Source: Mobula hypostoma (lineage: Eukaryota). From it: 64,000 bases of DNA. The stretch spans positions 138,386,001 through 138,450,000 of the forward strand of contig NC_086097.1 in assembly GCF_963921235.1 (NCBI RefSeq), written 5' to 3'. The notes beneath the pieces are model-generated. The model was not told the origin of the DNA. It ran no database searches and worked only from the letters and a program-made list of their open reading frames with translations. Position numbers and translations under genes: made by a program. This document shows, piece by piece, positions 63,243 through 64,000 of this stretch. Each line of letters starts with the position of its first letter. Positions within the stretch are counted from its first letter, which is position 1.

Positions 63243-64000
63243 CAACACACATCAAAGTTGCTGGTGAATACAGCAGGCCAGGCAGCATCTGTAGGAAGAG
63301 GTGCAGTCGACGTTTCAGGCCGAGACCCTTCGTCAGGACTAACTGAAGGAAGAGTGAGTAAGGGATTTGAAAGTTGGAGGGGGAGGGGGAGATCCAAAAT
63401 GATAGGAGAAGACAGGAGGGGGAGGGATAGAGCCAAGAGCTGGACAGGTGATAGGCAAAAGGGGATACGAGAGGATCATGGGACAGGAGGTCCGGGAAGA
63501 AAGACAGGGGGGGGGGGACCCAGAGGATGGGCAAGAGGTATATTCAGTGGGACAGAGGGAGAAAAAGGAGAGTGAGAGAAAGAATGTGTGCATAAAAATA
63601 AGTAACAGATGGGGTACGAGGGGGAGGTGGGGCCTCAGCGGAAGTTAGAGAAGTCGATGTTCATGCCATCAGGTTGGAGGCTACCCAGACGGAATATAAG
63701 GTGTTGTTCCTCCAACCTGAGTGTGGCGTCATCTTTACAGTAGAAGAGGCCGTGGATAGACATGTCAGAATGGGAATGGGGTGTGGAATTAAAATATGTG
63801 GCCACTGGGAGATCCTGCTTTCTCTGGCGGACAGAGCGTAGATGTTCAGCAAAGCGGTCTCGCAGTCTGCGTCGGGTCTCGCCAATATATAAAAGGCCAC
63901 ATCGGGAGCACTGGACGCAGTATATCACCCCAGTTGACTCACAGGTGAAGTGTTGCCTCACCTGGAAGGACTGTTTGGGGCCCTGAATGGTGGTAAGGGA
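63243..64000 (-). mobile_element. Young PLE, GIY-YIG endonuclease and terminus; continues past window edge
   Basis: ORF 63635-63961 FTCESTGVIYCVQCSRCGLLYIGETRRRLRDRFAEH. Confidence 0.93.
63305..63340 (-). ncRNA. Minimal type I hammerhead ribozyme motif
   Basis: Identical to 46198-46233 in reverse complement. Confidence 0.75.

Overview
Vertebrate genomic DNA, most likely a cartilaginous fish such as a ray (inferred from the repeat landscape, not verified). The only recognisable host gene is EMC2 (ER membrane protein complex subunit 2) on the minus strand. Coding exon 1 is at 25792-25831 inside a CpG-island promoter, exon 2 is at 11475-11588 after a 14.2 kb intron, and later exons appear to lie left of the window. 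Most of the remaining sequence is nested transposon remnants: CR1, Rex1/Babar, L1/Tx1, Penelope-like (PLE), Tc1, a solo LTR, a Helitron derivative, SINEs and a 33-bp minisatellite. The most interesting signal is RNA structure in non-coding mobile elements. (1) A ~550-bp non-coding, probably RTE-mobilised retroposon (38196-38748, with relatives at 36634 and ~33690) begins at a predicted genomic-HDV-like self-cleaving ribozyme that has an extra hairpin in L3. (2) PLE termini carry minimal hammerhead ribozyme cores, one of which lies in sense within EMC2 intron 1. Folds and family names were assigned by eye. Most repeat boundaries are approximate unless TSDs or termini are quoted.
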